A stretch of DNA of 64,000 bases from Candidatus Tepidifontimicrobium thermophilum (GCA_031459915.1 JAVKHO010000014.1:1-64000); one strand, 5' to 3'. Positions 1 to 10,374 are shown, counted from the first letter of the stretch. Made by a program: numbers and translations. The notes: generated by a model not told the origin, from the letters alone.

Positions 1-480
1 ATGCAGAACTACACCCTCCTGCGGGAAGTGGGCCGGGCCCGCTGCCCCGTGCTCCTCAAGCGCGGCCCCGCCGCCACCCTGGAAGAGACCCTCCTGGCTG
101 CGGAGTACATCCTCTCCGAGGGCAACCCCTATGTGGTCCTGTGCGAGCGCGGCCTGCGCAGCTTCGACAACCACACCCGCTTCCTCCTGGACATCAGCGC
201 CGTCCCCGTGCTCCAGCGCCTCAGCCACCTGCCCGTGCTGGTGGACCCCAGCCAGGCCGCGGGCAAGCGCCAGTGGGTCCCTCCCCTCGCCCGGGCCGCG
301 GTGGCCGCGGGCGCCGACGGCCTCCTGGTCGAAGTCCACCCCGACCCCGAGCGCGCCCTCAGCGACGGCCCCCAGCAGCTGCGGCCCGACCAGTTCGCCC
401 AACTCATGCACGAGCTGCGCCGGCTGGCCCAGGCCGTGGGCCGCAGCGTAGCCGGAGCGGCGGTGGGCGCGTCCGTTTGA
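1..480 (+). CDS. aroF: DAHP synthase (type I-beta), C-terminal part; gene begins before window
   Basis: MQNY, PVLLKRG, AAEYI, LCERG, DPS, GADGLLVEVHPDP and ALSDG motifs. Confidence 0.9.
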   Translation: MQNYTLLREVGRARCPVLLKRGPAATLEETLLAAEYILSEGNPYVVLCERGLRSFDNHTRFLLDISAVPVLQRLSHLPVLVDPSQAAGKRQWVPPLARAAVAAGADGLLVEVHPDPERALSDGPQQLRPDQFAQLMHELRRLAQAVGRSVAGAAVGASV

Positions 481-504
481 TAAGGAACGTGAATCGCGGC
501 TGCG

Positions 505-533
505 TTGACACCCACACGGGCCGCTGGTACAAG
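505..533 (+). promoter_or_regulatory. Sigma70-type promoter for the ilv-leu leader
   Basis: TTGACA (505-510), 17-bp spacer, TGgTACAAG extended -10 (528-533). Confidence 0.7.
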
Positions 534-692
534 TAAACGCAAACGCACACCGGGAGGATCGGTGGCACGGCGACGCGGCCTCACCGATGGCCTGCACCGC
601 CGGCCGGCCGGACCGGACCCAGGGTCCGGGGCACCCCAGGGCACCGTCCGAGGCACCCAAGCGGGGCTCCCCGGGTGTGCGTCTTTCAACCA

Positions 693-922
693 GGCGAGGA
701 AGGGAAGCAGTAGGCGCGGGAGCTCTCGCAGAGAGCCGGAGACGGTGTGATCCGGTAGAGCCAGGCGCTGAACCTCGTCCCCGAGCCTGCCGGGCGAACG
801 TTTTTCAAGTAGTCCGGCACGCGGCCGGCGTGATCGGCGAACGAGGGCCGAGCTCTTGGGGCTCGGAACTAAGGTGGTACCGCGGGAGCCAACCCGTCCT
901 TAGGTTGGCTCCCGCTGGTTTT
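693..922 (+). ncRNA. T-box riboswitch, leucine specifier (CUC)
   Basis: Stem I with AGTA and AGAGA..GGTGTGA motifs; specifier CTC at 774-776; T-box AAGGTGGTACCGCG at 871-884; antiterminator AAGG/CCTT plus GCGGG/CCCGT; lies upstream of ilvB. Confidence 0.93.
882..922 (+). terminator. T-box leader terminator
   Basis: GCGGGAGCCAACC/GGTTGGCTCCCGC stem followed by TGGTTTT; mutually exclusive with the antiterminator. Confidence 0.75.
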
Positions 923-955
923 CCGGGGCCCGAGTGAAGACAGAGGAGGAGGACG

Positions 956-2656
956 ATGCGGGTTACAACGGTGGAGACGCGCAAGGCCACCCGAACCATC
1001 TCCGGGGCACAGGCGGTGGTACGGGTCCTGGAGGAAGCCGGGGTGGAGTGGATCTTCGGGCACCCCGGGGGCGCCTCCCTGCCCCTGTACGACGCGCTGT
1101 ACGACGCGCCCAAGATCCGTCACGTGCTGTGCCGTCACGAGCAGGTGGCGGCGCACGCGGCCACCGGCTACGCGCGGGCTTCCGGCCGTTTCGGGGTGTG
1201 CACCGCCACCTCGGGCCCCGGCGCCACGAACCTGGTCACGGGGCTGGCGGACGCCATGATGGACTCCGCGGCGGTGCTGGCCATCACGGGCCAGGTCGTC
1301 CGGGCGAACATCGGGACCGACGCCTTCCAGGAGGCGGACGTCACCTCCATCACGACCCCCATCACCAAGCACAACGCGCTGGTGATGGACCCGCACGGCC
1401 TGGTGCGGACGTTGCGGGAGGCCATCTACCTGTGTCAGTCGGGCCGGCCGGGACCGGTCCTGGTGGACGTGCCCCGGGACGTTTTCCAGACCCAGATCCC
1501 CGAGGAACTGTTGGACGAACCCTTTGAGCCCCGGCGGCGTCCGGTGACCAAGGGGCACCCCGCCCGCATCGCGGAGGCCGCGGAGGCCATCTCCCAGAGC
1601 CGACGGCCGATCCTGTACGTGGGCGGGGGCGCGCAGGGCGCCAGCGAGCCCCTGGCCCGCCTAGCGCGGCGCTGCCGGATCCCCGTCACCGTCACCCTCA
1701 TGGGGAAGGGGGCCTTCGACGAGACGGACCCCCTGTGCCTGGGCATGCTGGGGATGCACGGGACCGCGTACGCCAACTACGCCATCAACGCCGCGGACCT
1801 GGTGATCGCGGTGGGGGCGCGGTTCGACGACCGGGTGACGGGCCGGCTGAAGGACTTCTGTCCCCACGCCCGGTTCATCCACATCGACATCGACCCCTCG
1901 GAGATCGGCAAGAACAAGCCAGCGCACGTCCCCATCGTGGGCGACGCCCGGGAGGTGCTGGAGGCGCTGGAACCCCTGGTCCAGCCGCCGGACGTGGAGG
2001 CCTGGTGGAAGCAGATCGAGGAGTGGCGGACGCGTTACCCCCTGCGCTGGAAGCCCGGGCCGCTCCTGAAACCCCAGGAGGCCATCGAGGCCATCTACCG
2101 CGTGACGCGGGGGGAGGCGGTGGTGGTCACGGACGTGGGGCAGCACCAGATGTGGGCGGCCCAGTACTACAAGTGCCGCAGGCCCCGCACCTTCATCTCG
2201 TCCGGCGGGCTGGGCGCCATGGGGTTCGGTTTCCCCGCGGCCATGGGAGTCCAGTTCGCGCGTCCCGACGCCCTCGTGGCGGCCATCGTGGGCGACGGGG
2301 GCTTCCAGATGACCATGCAGGACCTCATCACCGCGGTGGAGTGGAAGCTGCCGCTCAAGATCTACGTGATCAACAACGGGTCCCTGGGCATGGTACGGCA
2401 GTGGCAGGAGCTGTTCTACAACCAGCGCTACTCCGCGGTGCAGCTCCGCAATCCGGACTTCGCGCGGATCGCGGAGGCCTTCGGGGCCGTGGGGATCCGG
2501 GTGGAGCGGTCGGAGGACCTGGAGCCGGCCCTGCAGCGGTCCCTGGAGGTGACGGACCGTCCCGTGGTGGTGGACCTCATCGTGGACCCAGAGGAGAATT
2601 GTTACCCCATGATCCCCTCGGGCCAGTCCGTGAAGGAGATGATCCTCGGTGAGTAA
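956..2656 (+). CDS. ilvB: Acetolactate synthase large subunit
   Basis: RHEQ, TSGPGATN, DAFQE, GARFDDRVTG, GDGGFQM..NN, GMVRQWQ; GGAGG RBS. Confidence 0.96.
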   Translation: MRVTTVETRKATRTISGAQAVVRVLEEAGVEWIFGHPGGASLPLYDALYDAPKIRHVLCRHEQVAAHAATGYARASGRFGVCTATSGPGATNLVTGLADAMMDSAAVLAITGQVVRANIGTDAFQEADVTSITTPITKHNALVMDPHGLVRTLREAIYLCQSGRPGPVLVDVPRDVFQTQIPEELLDEPFEPRRRPVTKGHPARIAEAAEAISQSRRPILYVGGGAQGASEPLARLARRCRIPVTVTLMGKGAFDETDPLCLGMLGMHGTAYANYAINAADLVIAVGARFDDRVTGRLKDFCPHARFIHIDIDPSEIGKNKPAHVPIVGDAREVLEALEPLVQPPDVEAWWKQIEEWRTRYPLRWKPGPLLKPQEAIEAIYRVTRGEAVVVTDVGQHQMWAAQYYKCRRPRTFISSGGLGAMGFGFPAAMGVQFARPDALVAAIVGDGGFQMTMQDLITAVEWKLPLKIYVINNGSLGMVRQWQELFYNQRYSAVQLRNPDFARIAEAFGAVGIRVERSEDLEPALQRSLEVTDRPVVVDLIVDPEENCYPMIPSGQSVKEMILGE

Positions 2657-3170
2657 CGCGCTTCCGACCCCGCAAGTGCGGTCCGAGCGCCGGGTGCTTT
2701 CCGTGCTGGTGGACAACGTGCCCGGGGTCCTCCTGCGGGTGGTGGCCCTGTTCCGGCGCCGCGGGATCAACATCCACAGCCTCGCGGTGTCGGTCACGGA
2801 GGACCCCGCGGTGTCCCGCATCACCATGACGGTGGAGTGTCCCGCGGCCCTGGCAGAGTCCGTGGTCAAGCAGGTCCGCCGGGTGGTGGAGGTCCGGCGG
2901 GTGCGGGACGTCACCGACGCGCCCCGCACGGAGCGGGAACTCGCGCTGGTGAAGGTCAACGCTCCCGCAGGCGTGCGGTCCGAAATCCTGGAAGCGGCCC
3001 AGGTGTTCCGGGCCCGTCCCATCGACCTGACGGAGAAGACCGTGACCCTGGAGGTCACCGGCAGCCCAGAAAAGATCGACGCGTTCCTGAACCTCGTGGC
3101 GCGCCATGGCGTGCGGGAGGTGGCCCGCACCGGGTCGGTGGTGCTGCTCCGGGGTTCGGCCACCACGTAG
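2649..3170 (+). CDS. ilvH: Acetolactate synthase small regulatory subunit
   Basis: ACT domain [30 protein letters not shown]; overlaps ilvB stop. Confidence 0.93.
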   Translation: MSNALPTPQVRSERRVLSVLVDNVPGVLLRVVALFRRRGINIHSLAVSVTEDPAVSRITMTVECPAALAESVVKQVRRVVEVRRVRDVTDAPRTERELALVKVNAPAGVRSEILEAAQVFRARPIDLTEKTVTLEVTGSPEKIDAFLNLVARHGVREVARTGSVVLLRGSATT

Positions 3171-3193
3171 ACCACAACGGCGGGAGGTGCGGA

Positions 3194-4228
3194 ATGGCCA
3201 AGGTGTACTACGAGCGCGACGCCCACCCGGAGCTCATCCGGTCCAAGCGCGTGGCCGTCCTTGGGTACGGCAGCCAGGGGCACGCCCACGCCCTCAACCT
3301 GAGGGACCAGGGAGTGTCGGTGGTGGTGGGCCTGAAGCCCGGAGGCTCCTGGGACCGGGCGCGCGCGGACGGCTTCCGGGTGGTGGAGGTGGCGGAGGCG
3401 GTGCGGGACGCGGACGTGGTGTCCGTGCTGCTGCCCGACATGGTGCAGGCGCAGGTGTACCGGGAGTCCATCCGCCCCCACCTGCGCAGGGGACAGGCCC
3501 TGGTCTTCGCCCACGGCTTCACCGTCCTGTACGGGCAGGTGGAACCCCCTCCGGACGTGGACGTGTTCATGGTGGCGCCGAAGTCCCCGGGACACCGCAT
3601 GCGGGAGGTGTTCGTGGACGGGCAGGGCGTGCCTGGCCTGGTGGCCGTCCACCAGGACGCCACCGGCCAGGCGAAGGACCTCGCCCTGGCCTACGCGTGG
3701 GGCGTGGGCTGCCTCCGGGCCGGGGTGGTGGAGACCACCTTCCGCGAGGAGACCGAGAGCGACCTTTTCGGGGAGCAGGCGGTGCTGTGCGGCGGAGTCA
3801 CGGCCCTCATCCAGGCCGGGTTCGAGACCCTGGTGGAGGCCGGCTACCAGCCGGAGATCGCCTACTTCGAGTGCCTGAACGAGCTCAAGCTGATCGTGGA
3901 CCTCATCTACGAGGGCGGGATGCAGTGGATGCGGTACTCCGTTTCGGACACCGCGGAGTACGGCGACTACACCCGCGGCCCGCGGATCATCGACGACCAC
4001 GTGCGGCAGCGCATGAAGGAGATCCTCAAGGAGGTCCAGGACGGGACCTTCGCCCGGGAGTGGATCCTGGAGGCTCAGGCCAACTTCCCGTCCTTCCGGA
4101 ACCTGCGGGTCCGGGCGGCGCAGCACCCCATCGAGGAGGTGGGCCGTCAGCTGCGGGCCATGATGCCGTGGCTGCGGCGCCCTCAGTCCAAGGCAGCACA
4201 GACCGTCGGGACGGGTGGAGGGAGTTAG
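3194..4228 (+). CDS. ilvC: Ketol-acid reductoisomerase
   Basis: [31 protein letters not shown]. Confidence 0.97.
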   Translation: MAKVYYERDAHPELIRSKRVAVLGYGSQGHAHALNLRDQGVSVVVGLKPGGSWDRARADGFRVVEVAEAVRDADVVSVLLPDMVQAQVYRESIRPHLRRGQALVFAHGFTVLYGQVEPPPDVDVFMVAPKSPGHRMREVFVDGQGVPGLVAVHQDATGQAKDLALAYAWGVGCLRAGVVETTFREETESDLFGEQAVLCGGVTALIQAGFETLVEAGYQPEIAYFECLNELKLIVDLIYEGGMQWMRYSVSDTAEYGDYTRGPRIIDDHVRQRMKEILKEVQDGTFAREWILEAQANFPSFRNLRVRAAQHPIEEVGRQLRAMMPWLRRPQSKAAQTVGTGGGS

Positions 4229-4229
4229 G

Positions 4230-5765
4230 GTGACGGACCGCGTCTACATTTTCGACACCACCCTGCGGGACGGGGAGCAGTCCCCCGGCTTCTCCATGAC
4301 CGTGCAGGAGAAGCTGGAGATGGCCCGGGCCCTGGCGCGCCTGGGCGTGGACGTGATCGAGGCGGGGTTCCCCATCGCGTCGCCCGGGGACCTGGAGGCG
4401 GTGCGGTTGATTGCCCGGGAGGTGCGGGGTCCGGTGATCTGCGGTCTGGCCCGGGCGCAACGCCAGGACATCGAGGTGTGCTGGGAGGGGGTTCGGGAGG
4501 CGGAACGGCCCCGGATCCACACCTTCATCGCCACCTCCCCCATCCACATGGAGCGCAAGCTGCGGATGAAACCGGAGGAGGTGCTGGAGGCCGCCCGCCA
4601 GGCCGTCCGGCTTGCCCGCTCCCTGTGTCCGGAGGTGGAGTTCAGCTGCGAGGACGCCACCCGCTCCGACGTGGAGTTCCTGTGCCGGGTGGTGGAGGCG
4701 GCGATCCGGGAGGGGGCCGCGGTGATCAACCTCCCTGACACCGTGGGGTACGCGGTCCCCCACGAGTACGCGAAGCTCGTCCGCACCGTGCGGGAACGGG
4801 TGCCGGACTCCGACCGGGTGGTCTGGAGCGTGCACTGCCACGACGACCTGGGTATGGCGGTGGCCAACTCCCTGGCCGGTGTGCAGGCGGGGGCGCGGCA
4901 GGTGGAGGGCACCATCAACGGCATCGGGGAGCGGGCGGGCAACGCGGCCCTGGAAGAGGTGATCATGGCCCTGGTCACCCGGCGGGACGTCTTCGGACTG
5001 CGGGTAGGGGTGGACACCACCCGCATCTACCCGACCAGCCGGCTGCTGTCCGCCCTCACGGGGGTGGAGGTCCAGCCCAACAAGGCCATCGTGGGCGCCA
5101 ACGCCTTCGCCCACGAGGCGGGCATTCACCAGCACGGCGTTCTCAGCGACCCGCGGACCTACGAGATCATGACCCCCGCGTCCGTGGGAGTGCCCACCAA
5201 CCGGCTGGTGCTCGGCAAGCACTCCGGACGCCACGGGCTCGTGCACGCGCTCCAGCAGATGGGCTTCCAGCTCACGGACGAGGAAGTGGAGCGGGTGTAC
5301 AGCCGGTTCAAGGCCCTGTGCGACCGGAAGAAGCGGGTGGAGGTGGGCGACCTGGTGGCCCTTGTCCAGGAGGGGTTCGCCGCGGCACCCGAGACCTACC
5401 GGCTGGTGTCCTTCCGGGTCACCACCGCCAGCGACGAGCCGCCGCACGCCGCGGTGCGCCTGGAGCGGTCCGGCCAGCTCTACGTGGCCGAGAGCAGCGG
5501 GGACGGACCCGTGGACGCCCTGTTCGCAGCCATCAACGCGGCCACCGGCCGGCAGGTACGGCTCCTGGACTACAGCCTCCGGTCCGCCACGGGGGGCAGC
5601 GACGCCTTGGGCGAGGCGGTGTGCCGGCTGGAGGAGGGAGACCGGGTCGCCACGGGCCGCGGCAGCAGCACCGACGTCCTGGAGGCCAGCGCTCTGGCGT
5701 ACGTGGCGGCCCTGAACAAGCTGGCGGAGACCCGGCCCGCGGAGACGGTCTCCGCGGGCCTGTAG
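4230..5765 (+). CDS. leuA: 2-isopropylmalate synthase
   Basis: DTTLRDGEQ, HCHDD, GIGERAGN, HEAGIHQHG; C-terminal regulatory domain (GPVDA). Confidence 0.96.
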   Translation: MTDRVYIFDTTLRDGEQSPGFSMTVQEKLEMARALARLGVDVIEAGFPIASPGDLEAVRLIAREVRGPVICGLARAQRQDIEVCWEGVREAERPRIHTFIATSPIHMERKLRMKPEEVLEAARQAVRLARSLCPEVEFSCEDATRSDVEFLCRVVEAAIREGAAVINLPDTVGYAVPHEYAKLVRTVRERVPDSDRVVWSVHCHDDLGMAVANSLAGVQAGARQVEGTINGIGERAGNAALEEVIMALVTRRDVFGLRVGVDTTRIYPTSRLLSALTGVEVQPNKAIVGANAFAHEAGIHQHGVLSDPRTYEIMTPASVGVPTNRLVLGKHSGRHGLVHALQQMGFQLTDEEVERVYSRFKALCDRKKRVEVGDLVALVQEGFAAAPETYRLVSFRVTTASDEPPHAAVRLERSGQLYVAESSGDGPVDALFAAINAATGRQVRLLDYSLRSATGGSDALGEAVCRLEEGDRVATGRGSSTDVLEASALAYVAALNKLAETRPAETVSAGL

Positions 5766-5791
5766 CGAGCAGACCTGTCGAGGGAGATCCC

Positions 5792-7072
5792 ATGGGGATG
5801 ACCATCACGGAAAAGATCCTCGCGTCGCACGCGGGCCTGCCGAAGGTGGAGCCTGGAGATCTGGTGGAGTGCCGGGTGGACATGCTGTTCGCCAACGACA
5901 TTACCGCGCCCTTGGCGATCCAGCAGTTCGAGCGGATCGGAGTGGACCGGGTGTTCGACCCGGACCGGGTCGCCTTCGTCCTGGACCACTACTCGCCCAG
6001 CAAGGACATCGCGTCTGCGGAGCAGTGTCGGATCACCCGGGAGTTCGTCCGCAAGCACGGCCTGCCCCACTTCTACGACGTGGGACGGGCGGGCATCGCC
6101 CACGTGCTCCTGGCGGAGGAGGGGTTCGTGGCCCCCGGCGAGCTGTTCGTAGGGGCGGACTCCCACACCTGCAACCACGGGGCCCTGGGGGCGTTCGCCA
6201 CCGGGGTGGGTAGCTCGGACCTGGCCGCCGCCATGGCCACGGGACGCCTGTGGTTCCGGGTCCCGCCGACCCTGCGGTTCGTGTTCCGGGGCACGTTGCC
6301 CCGGTGGGTGACGGGCAAGGACCTGGTCCTGCGGATCATCGGGGACATCGGCGTGGACGGGGCCCGGTACGCCGCCATGGAGTTCGCAGGTCCTGTGCTG
6401 CAGCAGCTCTCGATGGACGAGCGCTTCTCCATCACCAACATGGCGGTGGAGGCGGGGGCCAAGAACGGGATCATGGAGCCGGACGAGGCGGTCCTGGACT
6501 GGGTCCGCCCCCGAGCCCGGCGTCCCTTCCAACCCGTGTACGGCGACCCGGACGCCTCCTACGCCGCGGTGTACGAGTACGACGTCACGGACATGCAACC
6601 CGTGGTGAGCGCGCCGTCCTCTCCCGCGAATGTGGTGCCGGTCACGGAGGTCAGCGGGGTCCGGGTGGACCAGTGCTTCATCGGCACGTGCACCAACGGG
6701 CGCATCGAGGACCTCCGTCAGGCCGCCCGGGTGCTGGCGGGCCGCAGGGTGCACCCGGACGTGCGGCTGCTGGTGATCCCGGCCAGCCCCCGGATCTACC
6801 GCCAGGCGCTAGAGGAGGGGCTCATCCAGGTGTTCCTGGACGCGGGGGCCGCGGTCTCCACGCCCACCTGCGGGCCCTGCATCGGCGGGCACATGGGCGT
6901 GCTGGCGGACGGGGAGGTGTGCGTGTCCACCAGCAGCCGCAACTTCATCGGGCGGATGGGCCACCGGGGCAGCAAGGTCTACCTGTCCAACGCCGCGGTG
7001 GCCGCCGCCGCCGCGGTGGCGGGGAAGCTGGTGCACCCCGACGAGGTGGTGCGGGAACCGGCACGGGTGTGA
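5792..7072 (+). CDS. leuC: 3-isopropylmalate dehydratase large subunit (short LeuC/HacA-like type)
   Basis: EKIL, GADSHTC, CTNGRIED, PTCGPCIG, RNFIGRMG. Confidence 0.93.
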   Translation: MGMTITEKILASHAGLPKVEPGDLVECRVDMLFANDITAPLAIQQFERIGVDRVFDPDRVAFVLDHYSPSKDIASAEQCRITREFVRKHGLPHFYDVGRAGIAHVLLAEEGFVAPGELFVGADSHTCNHGALGAFATGVGSSDLAAAMATGRLWFRVPPTLRFVFRGTLPRWVTGKDLVLRIIGDIGVDGARYAAMEFAGPVLQQLSMDERFSITNMAVEAGAKNGIMEPDEAVLDWVRPRARRPFQPVYGDPDASYAAVYEYDVTDMQPVVSAPSSPANVVPVTEVSGVRVDQCFIGTCTNGRIEDLRQAARVLAGRRVHPDVRLLVIPASPRIYRQALEEGLIQVFLDAGAAVSTPTCGPCIGGHMGVLADGEVCVSTSSRNFIGRMGHRGSKVYLSNAAVAAAAAVAGKLVHPDEVVREPARV

Positions 7073-7083
7073 GGAGGTCGGCC

Positions 7084-7587
7084 ATGGCGATCCGGGGCAG
7101 GGCCCACAAGGTCGGCGACCACATCGATACGGACCTGATCATCGCGGGGCGGTACCTGGTGACCACGGACCCCGTCAAGCTGGGGGAGCACCTCTTCGAA
7201 GACCTGGACCCGGAGCTGCGGCAGCGCATCCGGCCCGGAGATGTGCTGGTGGCCGGAGAGAACTTCGGGCAGGGCAGCTCGCGGGAGCACGCGCCTCTCG
7301 CCCTCGTGGGGGCCGGTGTGGCCGCGGTGGTGGCGGCATCCTACGCCCGCATCTTCTACCGCAACGCCTTCAACAACGGGCTCCTGCTGCTGGAGTGCCC
7401 GGAGGCCAGCAGGGCGGTGCAGGACGGGGACGAGCTGGAGATCGAGCCGCAGACGGGAGAGATCCGCAACCTCACCCGCGGGGAGGCGTACCGGGCCAAG
7501 CCCATCCCGCCCTTCATGCAGGAGCTCACGCAGCTGGGCGGCATCATCCCGTACGTGCGACGCAAGCTGGGACTGGAGGCGTCCTGA
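7084..7587 (+). CDS. leuD: 3-isopropylmalate dehydratase small subunit
   Basis: IDTDLII, NFGQGSSREHA, ARIFYRN. Confidence 0.93.
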   Translation: MAIRGRAHKVGDHIDTDLIIAGRYLVTTDPVKLGEHLFEDLDPELRQRIRPGDVLVAGENFGQGSSREHAPLALVGAGVAAVVAASYARIFYRNAFNNGLLLLECPEASRAVQDGDELEIEPQTGEIRNLTRGEAYRAKPIPPFMQELTQLGGIIPYVRRKLGLEAS

Positions 7588-9185
7588 TGCGGGTGGAGGT
7601 GTACGACACCACCCTGCGGGACGGCACCCAGGGTGCGGACGTGGAGTTCTCCGTGGAGGACAAGCTGCGGTGCGCCCGCGCCCTGGACGAATTGGGCGTG
7701 GACTTCGTGGAGGGCGGCTGGCCCGGCAGCAACCCCCGGGACCTGGAGTTCTTCCGGCGGGCCGCGCGCACGGCGTGGCGGCACACCCGGATCGTGGCTT
7801 TCGGCAGCACCCGTCGTGCGGGGGTGGCCGCCCATCTGGATCCGAACCTCCGCACGCTCCTGGACGCGCAGACCGAGTGGGTGGCGCTGTTCGGGAAGAG
7901 CTGGGACCTGCACGTGCGGGCGGCCCTGCGGACGTCCCTGGAGGAGAACCTCCAGATGATCGCAGACTCCGTGCGGTTCCTGAAGGGACAGGGACGGAAG
8001 GTGGTCTACGACGCGGAACACTTCTTCGACGGCTTCCGCGCCAACCCTGACTACGCCCTGCAGACCCTCCGGGCCGCGGAGGAAGGGGGAGCGGACCGGA
8101 TCGTGCTATGCGACACCAACGGGGGCAGCCTCCCGCACGAGGTCGGCCCCGTGGTCCAGCGGGTGCGGGAAACCGTCACGGTCCCCCTGGGCGTCCACAC
8201 CCACAACGACGCGGGCTGCGCGGTGGCGAACGCCCTGGAGGCGGTCCGGGCCGGCTGTGTCCACGTCCAGGGCACGGTGAACGGCTACGGGGAGCGGTGC
8301 GGGAACGCGGACCTGTGCGTCCTGGTCCCCAACCTGCTGCTCAAGCTGGGCTACGAATGCCTGATTCCAGGAGCGTTGGCACGGCTCAGCCACCTGAGCC
8401 ACTTCGTGGCGGAGCTGGCGAACCGCCCTCCGGACGACCACCAGCCGTACGTGGGCCGCAACGCCTTCGCCCACAAGGGCGGGGTGCACGTGTCCGCGGT
8501 GCGCCAGGACCCCACCACCTACGAGCACGTGGACCCGTCCACGGTGGGCAACCGGAGGCGATTCGTGGTCTCCGACCTGTCGGGGCGGTCCAACATCCTC
8601 AGCAAGGCGGAGGAGCTGGGCCTGCCCCTGGACCCCGCCAGCCCGTCCACGGCGCAGATCCTCGAGCGGGTCAAGTGGCTGGAGTACACGGGCTACCAGT
8701 TCGAGGGTGCGGACGCCTCCTTCGAGTTGCTCGCGCGGCGGCTGCTGGGCGAGTGGGACGACGGTTTCGAGGCCGGGCCGTTCCTGGTGGTGGTGCACCG
8801 CACGGAGGACCGCACGTGGGCGGAGGCCACCGTCCGGGTCCGGGTGGACGGCACGGAGGAGCACACCGCGGCGGAGGGCAACGGCCCGGTGCACGCGCTG
8901 GACCGGGCCCTCCGGAAAGCCCTAGAGCGCTTCTACCCCGAGCTGCGGGGTATCCGCCTGGTGGACTACAAGGTGCGGGTGCTGAACGCGGAGGCGGCCA
9001 CGGCGGCGCGGGTTCGGGTGTTGATCCAGACCACGGACGGCCAGGACCGCTGGGAGACGGTCGGCGTGTCGGAGAACGTGGTGGAGGCCAGCTGGCTGGC
9101 ACTGGTGGACAGCCTGAGCTACGCCCTGTGGCGGTCCCGCGGCCGGCGCCTGCGGGCCGCGGTGACGGGCGCGGACGGCGGGTAG
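7587..9185 (+). CDS. cimA: Citramalate synthase
   Basis: YDTTLRDGTQ, GWPGSNP, GKSWDLHV, YDAEHFFDG, NGYGERCGNA, HKGGVH, DYKVR. Confidence 0.92.
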   Translation: MRVEVYDTTLRDGTQGADVEFSVEDKLRCARALDELGVDFVEGGWPGSNPRDLEFFRRAARTAWRHTRIVAFGSTRRAGVAAHLDPNLRTLLDAQTEWVALFGKSWDLHVRAALRTSLEENLQMIADSVRFLKGQGRKVVYDAEHFFDGFRANPDYALQTLRAAEEGGADRIVLCDTNGGSLPHEVGPVVQRVRETVTVPLGVHTHNDAGCAVANALEAVRAGCVHVQGTVNGYGERCGNADLCVLVPNLLLKLGYECLIPGALARLSHLSHFVAELANRPPDDHQPYVGRNAFAHKGGVHVSAVRQDPTTYEHVDPSTVGNRRRFVVSDLSGRSNILSKAEELGLPLDPASPSTAQILERVKWLEYTGYQFEGADASFELLARRLLGEWDDGFEAGPFLVVVHRTEDRTWAEATVRVRVDGTEEHTAAEGNGPVHALDRALRKALERFYPELRGIRLVDYKVRVLNAEAATAARVRVLIQTTDGQDRWETVGVSENVVEASWLALVDSLSYALWRSRGRRLRAAVTGADGG

Positions 9186-9198
9186 GGAGGGAGACGCC

Positions 9199-9315
9199 AT
9201 GGAGGAAGGCCACAGGCAGGAGCTGGAGGCGGAACTGGACCGGATGCTGCAGGCGTCCACCCCGGACCCAGACGAGGATCGGTGGACCATCGCCTGCATC
9301 CAGCAGATGTACTGA
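9199..9315 (+). CDS. Small hypothetical protein, 38 aa (MEEGHRQELEAELDRMLQASTPDPDEDRWTIACIQQMY)
   Basis: GGGAGGGAG RBS before ATG, GC3-rich codons, fills the cimA-leuB gap; below the ORF-track size cutoff. Confidence 0.7.
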   Translation: MEEGHRQELEAELDRMLQASTPDPDEDRWTIACIQQMY

Positions 9316-9318
9316 CCG

Positions 9319-10374
9319 GTGGACGCGCGCATCCTCCTCCTGCCCGGCGACGGGATCGGCCCGGAGGTGGTGGCAGAGGCAGTCCGGGTGCTGGACGCGG
9401 TGGCCCGGCGCTACGGGCACCGGTTCACCTACCGCACCGAGGCCATCGGCGGCGGCGCCATTGACCGGTACGGGGACCCGCTTCCCGGCACCACCCGTGA
9501 GGCCCTCCGGGAGTGCGAGGCGGTCCTGCTGGGTGCGGTGGGAGGTCCCCGTTGGGACCACGGGCCGGTCCGCCCGGAAGCCGGGTTGCTGGCGCTGCGC
9601 TACGAGCTGGGGGTGTACGCCAACCTGAGGCCCGCCCGCCTGCTGGACGGCTTGGAGGCCGCCTCCCCCCTGCGCCCCGAGGTGGTGCGGGGAACCGACT
9701 TCCTCATCGTCCGGGAGCTCACGGGAGGCCTATACTTCGGCCAGCCCAAAGCCCGCGACGCCCGACAGGCGGTGGACACCATGGCGTACACCGCGGAGGA
9801 GGTGGAGCGGGTGGCCCGGGTGGCCTTCCGCGCAGCCCGGGCACGGCGGCGGCGGGTGCACTCCGTGGACAAGGCCAACGTGCTGGAGACCTCGCGCCTG
9901 TGGCGCCAGGTGGTGACCCGCGTGAGCGAGGAGTTCCCGGACGTCACGGTCGAGCACATGCTGGTGGACACCTGTGCCATGCAGCTGGTCCGCCAGCCGA
10001 CTGCCTTCGACGTGATCCTCACGGAGAACACCTTTGGAGACATCCTCAGCGACGAGGCCGCCGCGGTGGTGGGATCCATCGGGATCCTCCCCTCCGCCAG
10101 CCTCGGGGACCGCCCCCCCTTTCTGTACGAGCCGGTCCACGGCTCCGCGCCTGACATCGCGGGGCGTGGGGTCGCCAACCCCCTGGGGGCCATCCTCAGC
10201 GCGGCCCTGATGCTCCGCTACTCCTTCGCGCTCGAGGAGGAAGCGCGGGCAGTGGAGGAGGCGGTGCGGGAGGTGGTCGGGGAGGGCACCACCACCCCCG
10301 ACCTGGGGGGCCGCTGCAGGACCTCGGAGGTGGGGAGCGCGGTGGCCGAGCGCGTCCTCGGCAGGGAAACCTGA
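9319..10374 (+). CDS. leuB: 3-isopropylmalate dehydrogenase
   Basis: [46 protein letters not shown]. Confidence 0.96.
   Translation: MDARILLLPGDGIGPEVVAEAVRVLDAVARRYGHRFTYRTEAIGGGAIDRYGDPLPGTTREALRECEAVLLGAVGGPRWDHGPVRPEAGLLALRYELGVYANLRPARLLDGLEAASPLRPEVVRGTDFLIVRELTGGLYFGQPKARDARQAVDTMAYTAEEVERVARVAFRAARARRRRVHSVDKANVLETSRLWRQVVTRVSEEFPDVTVEHMLVDTCAMQLVRQPTAFDVILTENTFGDILSDEAAAVVGSIGILPSASLGDRPPFLYEPVHGSAPDIAGRGVANPLGAILSAALMLRYSFALEEEARAVEEAVREVVGEGTTTPDLGGRCRTSEVGSAVAERVLGRET

Noticed and set aside
612..690. Call as canonical ykkC/ppGpp riboswitch or 6S RNA
   Set aside because: Only short motif matches; ykkC P1 closure and 3' AAAAG region not found; fold is branched and short for 6S. 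Kept as unidentified RNA
562..750. Possible leader peptide from GTG after GGGAGG
   Set aside because: Short SD spacing, no Leu/Ile/Val codon run, runs into T-box stem I
1661..4126. Long antisense and alternate-frame ORFs (821 aa here, and many others such as 33750-35546)
   Set aside because: Shadow ORFs expected from high-GC codon bias; they overlap well-supported genes and lack motifs
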